A DNA stretch of 64,000 nt, taken from positions 74,845 to 138,844 of the forward strand of contig JBKBRF010000003.1 in NCBI GenBank assembly GCA_046292385.1. Direction: 5' to 3'. This stretch comes from Armatimonadota bacterium. Lineage in GTDB: Bacteria > Armatimonadota > SYMT01. The notes below the pieces were generated by a model that saw only the letters and a list, made by a program, of their open reading frames with translations, did no database searches and was not told the DNA's origin. How positions within the stretch are numbered: the first letter of the stretch is position 1; each line of letters opens with the position of its first letter. The position numbers were made by a program, and so were the translations under genes. Of this stretch, positions 36,397 through 45,522 are shown piece by piece.

Positions 36397-37518
36397 CTAC
36401 CCCTTGCGGCCGACTCCGAACTGGTCGCCGTTGCGGACCGGCCGGTCGCCTTTCCAGACGATCTCTACCACCTTCTCGCTCTGCACCGGGCGGCCTTCCT
36501 CGTCGGAGAGCTCCGCGACGATCCGGCGGGTGCGGGTATCGATCACCTGGCCGGTGGAGGGGTAGGCGTAGCGGCCGTCCAGGCTGAAGGTGATCCAGCC
36601 GGGCTGGTCCCGCACCCCGATGCTGGCGACCTGCCGCGGCGGCTGCCGCGTGTTGTCGAACACGTGCATCCGGCTGTTGGCGGCGTCGCAGAGCCACACC
36701 TCCCGCTCGTCCGGCGTCAGGCCGACCCCGTGGCTGGGGCAGCCGTGGCGCTTGATCGGCCCCTTCTGGTAGCCGCTCACCTCTACCCGGTGGAGCACTC
36801 GCCCGGTGCGGAGGTCGCCGACCTCGAACCCGAGCAGCTCGTTCACGTTCACGTAGCAGCGCTCCCCGGCGCCGTCGACCGTGAACGGCCGGATCGAGTG
36901 GCCGAACGGGCCGACTTCCTTCACGATCTTCTGCGTGCCGGTATCGACCACCCGCAGCAGCGGCGAGCGCAGCCCCGCCAGGAAGGCGCGGGAGCCGTCC
37001 CGGCTCACCAGCGTGTTGTGCGCGCCGGAGTCCGGGTTGATCTGCGCGAGGACGTCGCCGGTGAGGGCATCGACGACGTTCCAGTGCGGCCCCTCGAACG
37101 AGGGGGAGTAGATCGTCTTACCGTCCGGCGTGATCGACATGCGGTCGCACCCGCCCGGGTACTCCCGGCTCCAGAGCACCTTCTCCGTGCGGAGGTCGAG
37201 GCACGCCATCCGCTTCGGGGTGGAGAGGTAGAGGCGGCCGGTGGCGGCGCTGGCGCAGATCCCCTTCACGTTTTCCGCCGGCTCTCCCGGAGCCACCGGC
37301 CAGGTGGGGATCCGCTTCACCCACCGGTGGCCGCGGTCCATGTCGTAGACCAGCACGCCGACGCCGCCCCACTCCGTGTAGTTGCGGATGCCCGGCGACG
37401 CCACGTAGAGCAGGCGCCGCTCGCCCTCGTCCTGGCCCGCGTCGAGCGGCCCCGCCGCGCCCGCCAGCACCGCGGCCGCTATGCCCAGCAGGAGCAAGCG
37501 TAGTCGAACCATCGTCAC
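36397..37518 (-). CDS. YncE/YVTN-like beta-propeller protein
   Basis: Signal peptide; TPDGK/SRDGS/TPDER repeats; HGCPSHG. Confidence 0.75.
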   Translation of the reverse strand: MTMVRLRLLLLGIAAAVLAGAAGPLDAGQDEGERRLLYVASPGIRNYTEWGGVGVLVYDMDRGHRWVKRIPTWPVAPGEPAENVKGICASAATGRLYLSTPKRMACLDLRTEKVLWSREYPGGCDRMSITPDGKTIYSPSFEGPHWNVVDALTGDVLAQINPDSGAHNTLVSRDGSRAFLAGLRSPLLRVVDTGTQKIVKEVGPFGHSIRPFTVDGAGERCYVNVNELLGFEVGDLRTGRVLHRVEVSGYQKGPIKRHGCPSHGVGLTPDEREVWLCDAANSRMHVFDNTRQPPRQVASIGVRDQPGWITFSLDGRYAYPSTGQVIDTRTRRIVAELSDEEGRPVQSEKVVEIVWKGDRPVRNGDQFGVGRKG

Positions 37519-37707
37519 CTCTCCCGGCCTTCACGTTTCACTTAGGCCCGCACCCAGGTTGCGTCCAGCCGGGGGGATTTCCTGTGCCGACCCTGGAAAC
37601 CCGGTGAGTAGCCGCATCGGGATTGTATTCAGAAACGGAGCAAGCATTCCGATACTCAGTAGCGGCGACGCACCGCCCTGGCGGCGCCGGACCTGGAGTC
37701 ACCCCCT

Positions 37708-38502
37708 GTGTTGAAGAAGCGGCCGGCCAAGCGCTCTCCCCTCAAAGACAAACCCCTCAACCTGCCCGGCGAGTCACTCGAGCGCCAGCAGAGCGATCTT
37801 CTGGAAGACAAGGTCTTCCCGCTCGCGATGGTCGCCCTCTTCGCCATCGTCATGGCGGCGATCGAATGGTGGCGGTGGTATGCGCAGATCCCTCCCAGTC
37901 CGGTGTCGTACACCCTGCTCGCAGCAATCGTCAGCGTGATCTTCTGGTACCGGTGGAGAAAGGTACTTCCGGAGGCGAAAGCGCTCTGGCTGGGCGTCCA
38001 GGGAGAGCGGTTGGTCGGCCAGGAGTTGGAAGAGCTTCGCTCCCACGGCTGCCAGGTGTACCACGACCTCGAAGGCGATGGCTTCAACCTGGATCACGTG
38101 GTGGTCTCCCGGCGCGGCATCGTAGTGATCGACACCAAGACGCTGCGCAAGCCGGCGGACCGGGACGCGACGATTACCTTCGACGGCGAGCGCATCCTGG
38201 TGGACGGCCGCGAGCCGGACCGTGACTACCTGGTGCAGGCCGCCGCGGCGCGACGCTGGCTCCGAAACCTGCTGCGCGAGAGCACGGGGCGCGACTTCCC
38301 GATCCGCAGCGCTATCGTCTTCCCCGGTTGGTTCGTCCAGAACCAGGCGCTCAAACGGAATGCCGAGGTGTGGGTCTTCAACCACAAGGCGCTGCTCAAG
38401 TTCATCCCGAACGAGCCGGAGGTGCTTCTGCCCAGCGACGTCGCGCTGGTCAGCCACCGGATCAAGCTGCACATCCGTGACCAGGCGGCCAAGCGGACCT
38501 GA
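37708..38502 (+). CDS. NERD (nuclease-related) domain membrane protein
   Basis: Two TM segments, then GVQGERLV...HDL...NLDHVVVSRRGIVVIDTK. Confidence 0.85.
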   Translation: MLKKRPAKRSPLKDKPLNLPGESLERQQSDLLEDKVFPLAMVALFAIVMAAIEWWRWYAQIPPSPVSYTLLAAIVSVIFWYRWRKVLPEAKALWLGVQGERLVGQELEELRSHGCQVYHDLEGDGFNLDHVVVSRRGIVVIDTKTLRKPADRDATITFDGERILVDGREPDRDYLVQAAAARRWLRNLLRESTGRDFPIRSAIVFPGWFVQNQALKRNAEVWVFNHKALLKFIPNEPEVLLPSDVALVSHRIKLHIRDQAAKRT

Positions 38503-38521
38503 TCCTGTCGCGCCTCTCTCG

Positions 38522-39511
38522 CTACCGGACGCGAGGGAGCGAAGCCGCCTCGGTGGAGGGCGCCTCTCCCACGCGGGGGAGCGCGGCGGGGTCGGTGGTG
38601 GGCTGTCCCGGCAGCGGGAGCCGCTTGAGCTCTTCGGTCAGCGACTCGATGCGCTCCACCGCGTCGCGGGTCGTCTCCCGAGTTTCGGTGTCCTGCTGGA
38701 GGAGGTCGGCGGAAATGCCGCGCAGCTCCGGCAGCACCTCCCGCAGCTCCACTGCCGGCCTCCGCGCGCCGATCTGGCAGAGGGCCGACGTGATTGCCTG
38801 GATCAGGCGGCCGCGGCTCCGGCGGCGGTGCAGGTAGAGGTAGGCGGCGGCGAGCACCAGGAGGACGAAGGCGGGGCCGAACAGCCGCCCGGGGCCGGTG
38901 GTGGCGATGAGCCCCACCAGCAGCAGCAGCACGCCCGTAAGGAACGCCGGTCCGAAGACGAGCTGCTTCCAGGCCGCGCCGCCCACCAGGCACGCTCGCA
39001 GCGCCTCCCGCAGGGGCGGGATCGCCGTCTCGTCCCCGATCTCCCCCAGCACCTGCGCGGCATTGATGCGGGAGTGCTCTTCCGGGTCCCAGAGCAGGCA
39101 CCGCCGCGGCAGCTCGCCGAGCCACGAGAGGATCGAGCCAGGCTGCTCGTTCCGCGGCGGCGGCTGCAGGAGCGCCGCCACCGCGGCGATCCCCTCCGGT
39201 CCGAAGTGGCGCAGCCCCTGCGCCGCCCGATGCGCCCGGACCGAGTCGCCCCACCGCACTCCCCGCAGCAGCGCCTCCAGCCCGGAAGCGCCCAGCGCTG
39301 CGAAGGCGGCGGTCGCCTCCGCCCGCACGGCTGCGTCTTCATCGGCTAGCGCTTCCCAGAGGGCGTCGGTCGCGTCCTCGCCGCCGAGGCGCAGCTCCCG
39401 CACCACCCGCAGACGCTCGGTGGGGTCGCCTCTCCGCAGGCGGCCGGTGAGGGTGGCTACCTGCATCCGGCGCACCCGGCGCTTCCGGTACTCGGTCTTC
39501 GAACTGGCCAT
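38522..39511 (-). CDS. HEAT-repeat two-TM protein, array paralog 8
   Basis: HEAT units, TM hairpin, tail LPRVGEAPSTEAASLPRVR. Confidence 0.8.
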   Translation of the reverse strand: MASSKTEYRKRRVRRMQVATLTGRLRRGDPTERLRVVRELRLGGEDATDALWEALADEDAAVRAEATAAFAALGASGLEALLRGVRWGDSVRAHRAAQGLRHFGPEGIAAVAALLQPPPRNEQPGSILSWLGELPRRCLLWDPEEHSRINAAQVLGEIGDETAIPPLREALRACLVGGAAWKQLVFGPAFLTGVLLLLVGLIATTGPGRLFGPAFVLLVLAAAYLYLHRRRSRGRLIQAITSALCQIGARRPAVELREVLPELRGISADLLQQDTETRETTRDAVERIESLTEELKRLPLPGQPTTDPAALPRVGEAPSTEAASLPRVR

Positions 39512-39534
39512 CCGCTGGTTCTCCGCGCCGGGCC

Positions 39535-40503
39535 TCAGACCCGCGGCAGGGCGCGGGCGTCCGGCGTGGGCGCCTCGCCGACCCGGGGGAGGGAGGTGCC
39601 CACGCCGGAGACGCAGCCCGGCAGCGGCAGGTTCGACCCCTCCGTGAGCGCCTCGATTCGCTCCGCCGCCGCCCGCGAGGCCTCCCGCGCCTTCGGGTCG
39701 CTCTGAAGGCGGTCGCGCTCGATCGACTGCAGGTCCGGCAGCAGCGTGCGCAGCTCCGGAGCGGGGCAGCGCTCCCCGATCCGCAGCAGGGCGTCCACGA
39801 TCGACTGTCGCGCGAGGCTCTGCCTGCGCTGAGAAGTGAAGTACTGGAACGCAATGTTGATGATACTCATCGCAACCATGGCGAGTGAGCCTTGGAAGCC
39901 CAGCCAAACCTGTCCGAGGAGGGTTAGAGGCATGACCAGCACCGCGACCAGGAGCACCGTCCAGCCGATCACCACCTGGCGGCGTCCTGATCGTCCCAGC
40001 AACTGCCCGCGCAGCACCTGCATGAGCGGCTCCACCGCACGCTGGTCCCCGAATTCTCCCAGGGCTTCCACGGCCGCGTGTCGAGCCGCTGGATCGTGGA
40101 GCGCCCGGCAGAGGAGCGGGACCGACTGCGGCAGGGCCAGCCGCTGGAGCGATTTCACCGCCGCTACGCGCACGCCGTCGTCCGCCTGGCCCAGCGCGTC
40201 TTCCAGCGGCCCCAGCGCCTCCGGCCCGAAGAACCCGAGCGCCCAGGCCGCCTCCCGCCGCTCGCTGGCGTGACGGCTCCGCACCCGCACCGCCAGGCTC
40301 TCGAGTGCGACGGGGCCGATCCGGGCGAGCGACTTTGCCGACGCGGCACGGACCTCTTCCTCGTCGTCGCGCAGCGTCTCCAGCAGGCACGGCACCGCGG
40401 CGCGGCCGAAGTCTCCCAGCGCTCGCGCAGCCGCCTTTCGCTCCGCCTTTGCGCGCGACCGGAGCTGAATCCTCAGGTTCTGAAGCTGATCCGTGGGAGT
40501 CAT
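39535..40503 (-). CDS. HEAT-repeat two-TM protein, array paralog 7
   Basis: LRDDEEEVRAASA; TM hairpin; tail LPRVGEAPTPDARALPRV. Confidence 0.85.
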   Translation of the reverse strand: MTPTDQLQNLRIQLRSRAKAERKAAARALGDFGRAAVPCLLETLRDDEEEVRAASAKSLARIGPVALESLAVRVRSRHASERREAAWALGFFGPEALGPLEDALGQADDGVRVAAVKSLQRLALPQSVPLLCRALHDPAARHAAVEALGEFGDQRAVEPLMQVLRGQLLGRSGRRQVVIGWTVLLVAVLVMPLTLLGQVWLGFQGSLAMVAMSIINIAFQYFTSQRRQSLARQSIVDALLRIGERCPAPELRTLLPDLQSIERDRLQSDPKAREASRAAAERIEALTEGSNLPLPGCVSGVGTSLPRVGEAPTPDARALPRV

Positions 40504-40567
40504 CCGCCGCTCCGAGGCCGCTGCCGGCAGGGCGCCGGTCCGTTACAGTTCGCGCTCCACGCGCCCC

Positions 40568-41314
40568 TCACCTCACCCGCGGCAGCGTGTCCGCCTCCGG
40601 CGTGGGAGCCTCTCCCACGCGCGGGAGGGTGGCCTCGTGCTGCGTCCCGGAGGCCGGCAGCGGGAGGCTTTTCAGGTTGTCGGTAAGCTCCCGAATACGC
40701 CGTGCGGCCTTCTCGGAAACAGGCCGGGTGCTCGGGTCTTGCTGCACCCAGCCGCTCCCGATCACCCGCAGATCCCGAATCACCTGCCGAAGCTCCGGCG
40801 TGGGATGCCGCTCCCCAATCCGCACCAGCGCGTCGATCAACGCGCGCCTTCCCTGCCCCCGTCCACGCCAGTCGAGAACCCTGCCGATCAAAGCCTGTCC
40901 CAGCCCGGTCAGGATGCCGACCAACCAATACTCCTTCAGATCCAACAGCCTATGCGCTATCACGGAGGCGTTAATGATGACGAGCATGGTCGCGAGGCAC
41001 ATCAGCCAGCCAAAGGCCAGGTGCCGCCAGGCGGAGCGGCCCACGAGGCTCGCGCGCAGTGCTTCCTGCAGCGGTCCAATCGCGCGTTCGTCTCCCACCT
41101 CCGCCAGCGCCTCGGCCGCCGCGAACCGGACGCGCGGCTCGCGGTCCCGCAGTGCCCGGCAGAGGGGCGGTACCACTTCCGGCCGCGGCAGACGCCGGAG
41201 CGCCTCCACGGCGGCCAGCCGCGCTCTGGCGCACGGCGATCGGAGCGCCGTCTCCAGCGCCGGCAGGTCCGGAAGCGGTGCAGGCTCGGTGAGCGTGGCC
41301 AGGGGAGAGAGCAC
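40568..41314 (-). CDS. HEAT-repeat two-TM protein, array paralog 6 (short N-terminus)
   Basis: GTG start with no clear RBS; fewer HEAT units; tail LPRVGEAPTPEADTLPRVR. Confidence 0.75.
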   Translation of the reverse strand: MLSPLATLTEPAPLPDLPALETALRSPCARARLAAVEALRRLPRPEVVPPLCRALRDREPRVRFAAAEALAEVGDERAIGPLQEALRASLVGRSAWRHLAFGWLMCLATMLVIINASVIAHRLLDLKEYWLVGILTGLGQALIGRVLDWRGRGQGRRALIDALVRIGERHPTPELRQVIRDLRVIGSGWVQQDPSTRPVSEKAARRIRELTDNLKSLPLPASGTQHEATLPRVGEAPTPEADTLPRVR

Positions 41315-41343
41315 GGGAGTTCTCGCAAGAAGCAGTTGGCCGG

Positions 41344-42441
41344 TTACCGGATTCTGGGCAGCGTCTGCGGGTCCGCGGCGGGCGCCTCTCCCACGCGCGG
41401 GAGAGTGGCTTCACCAGGGGACGCGTCCGCCGGCAGGGGGAGATCTTTCAGGTCTTTGGTAAGCTCTTCGATGCGACGCACGGCCTTGCGGGACGCCAGG
41501 GACATCGCCGTATCCTGCTGAAACCACCGGGACGCCATGAGACGCAAGTCCGGCAGGGCCGCGCGGAGCTCCAGGGAGGACTGACGTTCCCCGATCCGCA
41601 CCAGCGCCTCCATTACCGCGCTAACTACCTCTCCGCGACGGCGGCGGTTGACTACGGAAACCGCGACCGCGTTTCCGATCATAACGAGGAATCCGCCCAG
41701 GTAGTCCAGATCCCACTTGAATGCTGTCAGCAGGAGAAGGAAGAGCGCAGGTCCAGAACCCAGGCCGAACAGAAGGCTAACCCAGAGGTGCCGCCTGGAA
41801 GAGCGTCCTACCAGCCCGTCTCGGAGCAGCTCCTGGAGCGGTCCGACGGCCGCTGCGTCCCCAACGTCCCCCAGCGCCTGGACTGCGGCCAGGCGGACGC
41901 GCGGGTCGCGGTCCTTCAACGCCTCGCAGAGGGGTGGAGCCGTTTCCGGCAGCCCCAGGCTCCGCAGCGCTTCCACGGCAGCGAGGCGGACGCGGTGGTC
42001 CCGGTCCCGCAGCGCGCCGCAGAGGAGCGGAGGCACCTCCGGCAGCCCCAGGCTCGGGAGCGCCTTCGCCGCCGCTACCCGCGTTCGCCAGGACCAGGAG
42101 GTTATCGCCCGCTCCAGCGCCGGCAGCGCGGCCGGGCCGTAGTGACTGAGTGCCCAGGCGGCGCACTCCCGCTCCACCGCGGTGGCCCCATCCAGACGCA
42201 CCTCCAGCGCGGCCAGGGCCGGCGCGCCGATCCTGGCGAGAGAGAGCGCCGCGGCGAGGCGCACCTCCTCGTCGGAGTCAAAGAGGGCGCCGCAGAGGAG
42301 CTCCACCGCCTGCTCGCCGCAGTGGCCCAGCGCTTCCGCCGCGGCGGCCCGCTCCGACACCTCCCGCGACTGGAGCCGCGCTTCCAGGCTCGCCAGCGGG
42401 GCGGGCTCCGTCTCGGGAAAGGTTGCTCTGGTCGAGATCAT
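41344..42441 (-). CDS. HEAT-repeat two-TM protein, array paralog 5 (extra HEAT unit)
   Basis: Duplicated SLGLPE...RVRLAAV unit; tail LPRVGEAPAADPQTLPRIR. Confidence 0.85.
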   Translation of the reverse strand: MISTRATFPETEPAPLASLEARLQSREVSERAAAAEALGHCGEQAVELLCGALFDSDEEVRLAAALSLARIGAPALAALEVRLDGATAVERECAAWALSHYGPAALPALERAITSWSWRTRVAAAKALPSLGLPEVPPLLCGALRDRDHRVRLAAVEALRSLGLPETAPPLCEALKDRDPRVRLAAVQALGDVGDAAAVGPLQELLRDGLVGRSSRRHLWVSLLFGLGSGPALFLLLLTAFKWDLDYLGGFLVMIGNAVAVSVVNRRRRGEVVSAVMEALVRIGERQSSLELRAALPDLRLMASRWFQQDTAMSLASRKAVRRIEELTKDLKDLPLPADASPGEATLPRVGEAPAADPQTLPRIR

Positions 42442-42471
42442 GGCTGCGCTCGAAGGAGCCTCACGCAACTT

Positions 42472-43488
42472 TCACCGGACCCTGGGCAGCGTCTGCGGGT
42501 CCGCCGACGGTGCCTCGCCGACCCGCGGGAGAGACGCCTCGTCTCCCGAGGCAGTGCCGGGGAGGGGGAGAGTTTTCAGGCTCTCGGTGAGGGCCTCGAT
42601 CCGTTGGATGGCCGCCCGGGATACCTGCCGGGTCTCTCTGTTCTGCACGAGTGGGTCCGAGACCATCCGGCGCAGGTCCGGGAGCACCTGCCGCATCTCC
42701 GGGCTCGGTCGTCTTTCGGCGATTTTCACCAGAGCCTCGGTGACGGCCTGCGTCACTCTGCCTCGCTGCTGAATGCGCTCACGACTGCAGTCCACCGCGA
42801 TGCCGAATCCGAACACCACCGCCCACACCGCCCATACCGCAGTCACGACCGCCAGGTCTCCTGTCAGCATGCGCAGGAGCAGGAATCCGCTCAGTGCCAG
42901 CACGAGAAAAACCGTGGGGCTCAACCGCCAGCGCCGGGTGAAGGGTCCGCCCACGAATTCGGACCGGAGCAGGTCGTGGAGCGGGCGCACCGCCGTCTCG
43001 TCGCCGATAGCTCCCAGCGCCTCCACGGCGGCGATCCGCACGCGCGGCTCACGGTCGGTCAATGTCCGGAGGAGATGCGGCACCACCTCCGGCAGATGCA
43101 AGCGTCCGAGCACCTGCACCGCGGCCAGCCGGGTGTCCCAGACGCTCGATTCCAGGGCGCCGGCCAGGACCGGCACTGCCGCCGGTCCGCAGTAAGCCAG
43201 CGCCCACATCGCCCGCTCTCGGGTCTCGGCCGCGTCACTCTCCATCCTCGCCGCCTGCGCGCGGATCGCCGGAGAGCCGATTCTGCCGAGCGACTGCGCC
43301 GCCGCGATCCGCACCGCCTCGTCGGGGTCGTAGAGCGCCGCGCAGAGCGCCTGCACCGCCGGGCCGCCGCGGCTCCCGAGTGCCTCCGCCGCAGCCAGCC
43401 GGTCCGACGCAGCCGCCGACCGCAGCCGGGTCTTGAGCTCCGCCAGGTCGGGGCCGGGATGCGGCGTCGCGGGGTGGAGCTCGCTCAT
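42472..43488 (-). CDS. HEAT-repeat two-TM protein, array paralog 4
   Basis: ATGA overlap with paralog 3; tail LPRVGEAPSADPQTLPRVR. Confidence 0.85.
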   Translation of the reverse strand: MSELHPATPHPGPDLAELKTRLRSAAASDRLAAAEALGSRGGPAVQALCAALYDPDEAVRIAAAQSLGRIGSPAIRAQAARMESDAAETRERAMWALAYCGPAAVPVLAGALESSVWDTRLAAVQVLGRLHLPEVVPHLLRTLTDREPRVRIAAVEALGAIGDETAVRPLHDLLRSEFVGGPFTRRWRLSPTVFLVLALSGFLLLRMLTGDLAVVTAVWAVWAVVFGFGIAVDCSRERIQQRGRVTQAVTEALVKIAERRPSPEMRQVLPDLRRMVSDPLVQNRETRQVSRAAIQRIEALTESLKTLPLPGTASGDEASLPRVGEAPSADPQTLPRVR

Positions 43489-44483
43489 CGGACTCGGGGG
43501 AGGTGGTCGGCGTCCGCGTGGGGCGCGTGACCGACCCGTGGGAGCGAGGCGTCGTCGACGGAGGCAGCGGCGGGGAGCGGGAGGTCCTTCAGGCTTTCAG
43601 TAAGCCCTCCGATCCGGCGGGCGGCCGTGCGAGAAGCCTCCCGCGTTTCTGCGTCCTGCTGGATCGGATCGGCTGCCATCCGGCGCAGGTCGGGGAGCAC
43701 CGCCCGCATTCCGGGACTTGGTCGTCGTTCCGCAATCGCCGAAAGGGCTCCGGTGACGGCTCGCGCCACCGATCCTCGCTCCGTCCGATTCCGTAGATAC
43801 TCCACCAGGACCAAGAGCAGCGCTACGAGACTCAGGATCGATCCCCGATCCTTCTGGAATAGTCCCGGAAGAAGCCCAGCAGCCGTGCCGAAGAGTACCA
43901 GACACAGGGGAAGAGCCAACCACCGACGGCGACCACTCAAGCCACCCACGAAGCCGGACTGTAACACTTCCAGGAGCGGTCGAACTGCCCTCTCGTCGCC
44001 GACCGCACCCAGCGCTTGCGCTACGGCGATCCGAATCCTCGGTTCGTTCTCCTCCAAGAGCCGGCAGAGGTGTGGCGTCACTTCCGGCTGACCGAGAGTT
44101 CCCAGCGTCTTCGCGGCGGCACCGCGGGTATCCCCGTATTTTGCTTCCAGGGCGTCAACCAGGATCGGCACTGCCGCCGGTCCGCAGTAAGCCAGCGCCC
44201 AGACCGCTCGCTCGCGGGTCTCGGAGCTTTCACTTTCCAACCGCGCGGCGAGCGCCCATATCCCCGGAGAGCCGATTCTGCCGAGCGACTGCGCCGCCGC
44301 GATCCGCACCGCCTCGTCGGGGTCGTTGAGCGCCGCGCAGAGCACCTGCACCGCTGGGCCGCCGCAGCTCCCGAGCGCCTCCGCCGCGGCCAGCCGCTCC
44401 GACGCAGCCGCCGACCGCAGCCGGGTCTGGAGTTCCGCCACGTCGGGGCCGGGATGCGGCGTCATAGAGTGAAGCTCGCTCAT
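43485..44483 (-). CDS. HEAT-repeat two-TM protein, array paralog 3
   Basis: N-terminus nearly identical to paralog 4; ATGA overlap with paralog 2. Confidence 0.85.
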   Translation of the reverse strand: MSELHSMTPHPGPDVAELQTRLRSAAASERLAAAEALGSCGGPAVQVLCAALNDPDEAVRIAAAQSLGRIGSPGIWALAARLESESSETRERAVWALAYCGPAAVPILVDALEAKYGDTRGAAAKTLGTLGQPEVTPHLCRLLEENEPRIRIAVAQALGAVGDERAVRPLLEVLQSGFVGGLSGRRRWLALPLCLVLFGTAAGLLPGLFQKDRGSILSLVALLLVLVEYLRNRTERGSVARAVTGALSAIAERRPSPGMRAVLPDLRRMAADPIQQDAETREASRTAARRIGGLTESLKDLPLPAAASVDDASLPRVGHAPHADADHLPRVR

Positions 44484-45493
44484 CGGACTCGGGGGAGGTG
44501 GTCGGCGTCCGAGTGGGGCGCCTGACCGACCCGTGGGAGCGAGGCTTCGTCGACGGAGGTGCCGCCGGGGAGCGGGAGGTCCTTCAGGTTTTCGGTGAGA
44601 GCTTCGATCCGCTCAACCGCCGCGCGAGAGGCTTCACGGGTGCGGGGGTCGTGCTGGAGGCGGTCCTTCGCCACCACCCGCAGGTCCGGCAGCACCCGTC
44701 GCAGCTCGGGAGTCGGCGTCCGCTCGCCGATTTGCACCAGCGCCTTCGTCACCGCGCGAGAGTAGTCGCCGGTCTGCCGGCGCGACGCAAAGTACGAGTG
44801 GATCCGGCTGGTGAAGCCGGCCATGCTGCCGAAGAGGAACCCTCCCGCTCCGGCGAGCTCACTCTCGAAAGCGGCTCCCATGGCGACGCAGAACAGCGCT
44901 CCCCAACCGATCGCGACGAGGAGGCCCAGTCGAAGCTGTCGCTCGGCCGAGCGACCGACGAAGCAGCTCCGCAGCGCCTTGCAGAGCGGTCCGATCGCGC
45001 GCTCATCGCCGATCTCTCCGAGGGTCCAGGCGGCGGTCGACCGGGCGTAGTAGTCCCCGTCGCGCAGCATCTCACACAACAGCCGGGTGGTCTCCGGCCG
45101 CTTCAGCCGGCGGAGTGTTCGGAACGCAGCATTTCGCACTTCGCTGTCGGAGGACCGCAGCGCTTGCACCAGCGGCTTCAGCGCCTCCGAGCCGCAGAAG
45201 CCCAGTGCCCAAGCCGCCTTCCGCGGCTGGAGGAAGCTCCCGCAGTCGAGTAGCTCCGTCAGCGCTTCGATTGCGGGGCCGCCAAGGGTGCCGAGCGCCC
45301 GCGCGGCGGCGAGGCGCACTTGCTCGTCGGGGTGGTTCAGAGCGCGGCAGAGCGGCTCCACGGCACCGGCCTCCGCCAGGTCCGCGACGGCGGCAAGACA
45401 CTGGTCCGGATCGTCCGACCGCAACCGCGCCTCCAGCCGGCGGAGCTCGGCCGGGAGCGCTCTTTCGCAAAGTGTGGCGCCGTTTACGGACAT
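44480..45493 (-). CDS. HEAT-repeat two-TM protein, array paralog 2
   Basis: HEAT units, TM hairpin, tail LPRVGQAPHSDADHLPRVR. Confidence 0.85.
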   Translation of the reverse strand: MSVNGATLCERALPAELRRLEARLRSDDPDQCLAAVADLAEAGAVEPLCRALNHPDEQVRLAAARALGTLGGPAIEALTELLDCGSFLQPRKAAWALGFCGSEALKPLVQALRSSDSEVRNAAFRTLRRLKRPETTRLLCEMLRDGDYYARSTAAWTLGEIGDERAIGPLCKALRSCFVGRSAERQLRLGLLVAIGWGALFCVAMGAAFESELAGAGGFLFGSMAGFTSRIHSYFASRRQTGDYSRAVTKALVQIGERTPTPELRRVLPDLRVVAKDRLQHDPRTREASRAAVERIEALTENLKDLPLPGGTSVDEASLPRVGQAPHSDADHLPRVR

Positions 45494-45522
45494 AACTCTA
45501 CTCTACCGGAACCGTGTCGCTC

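Noticed and set aside
37708..38502. NERD gene as the effector or toxin partner of the HEAT array
   Set aside because: It is convergently oriented and nothing in the sequence links it to the array; synteny data would be needed.
39512..40390. 622-aa ORF extending paralog 8 upstream
   Set aside because: It overlaps paralog 7 out of frame; homology to the family begins near the ATG at 39511.
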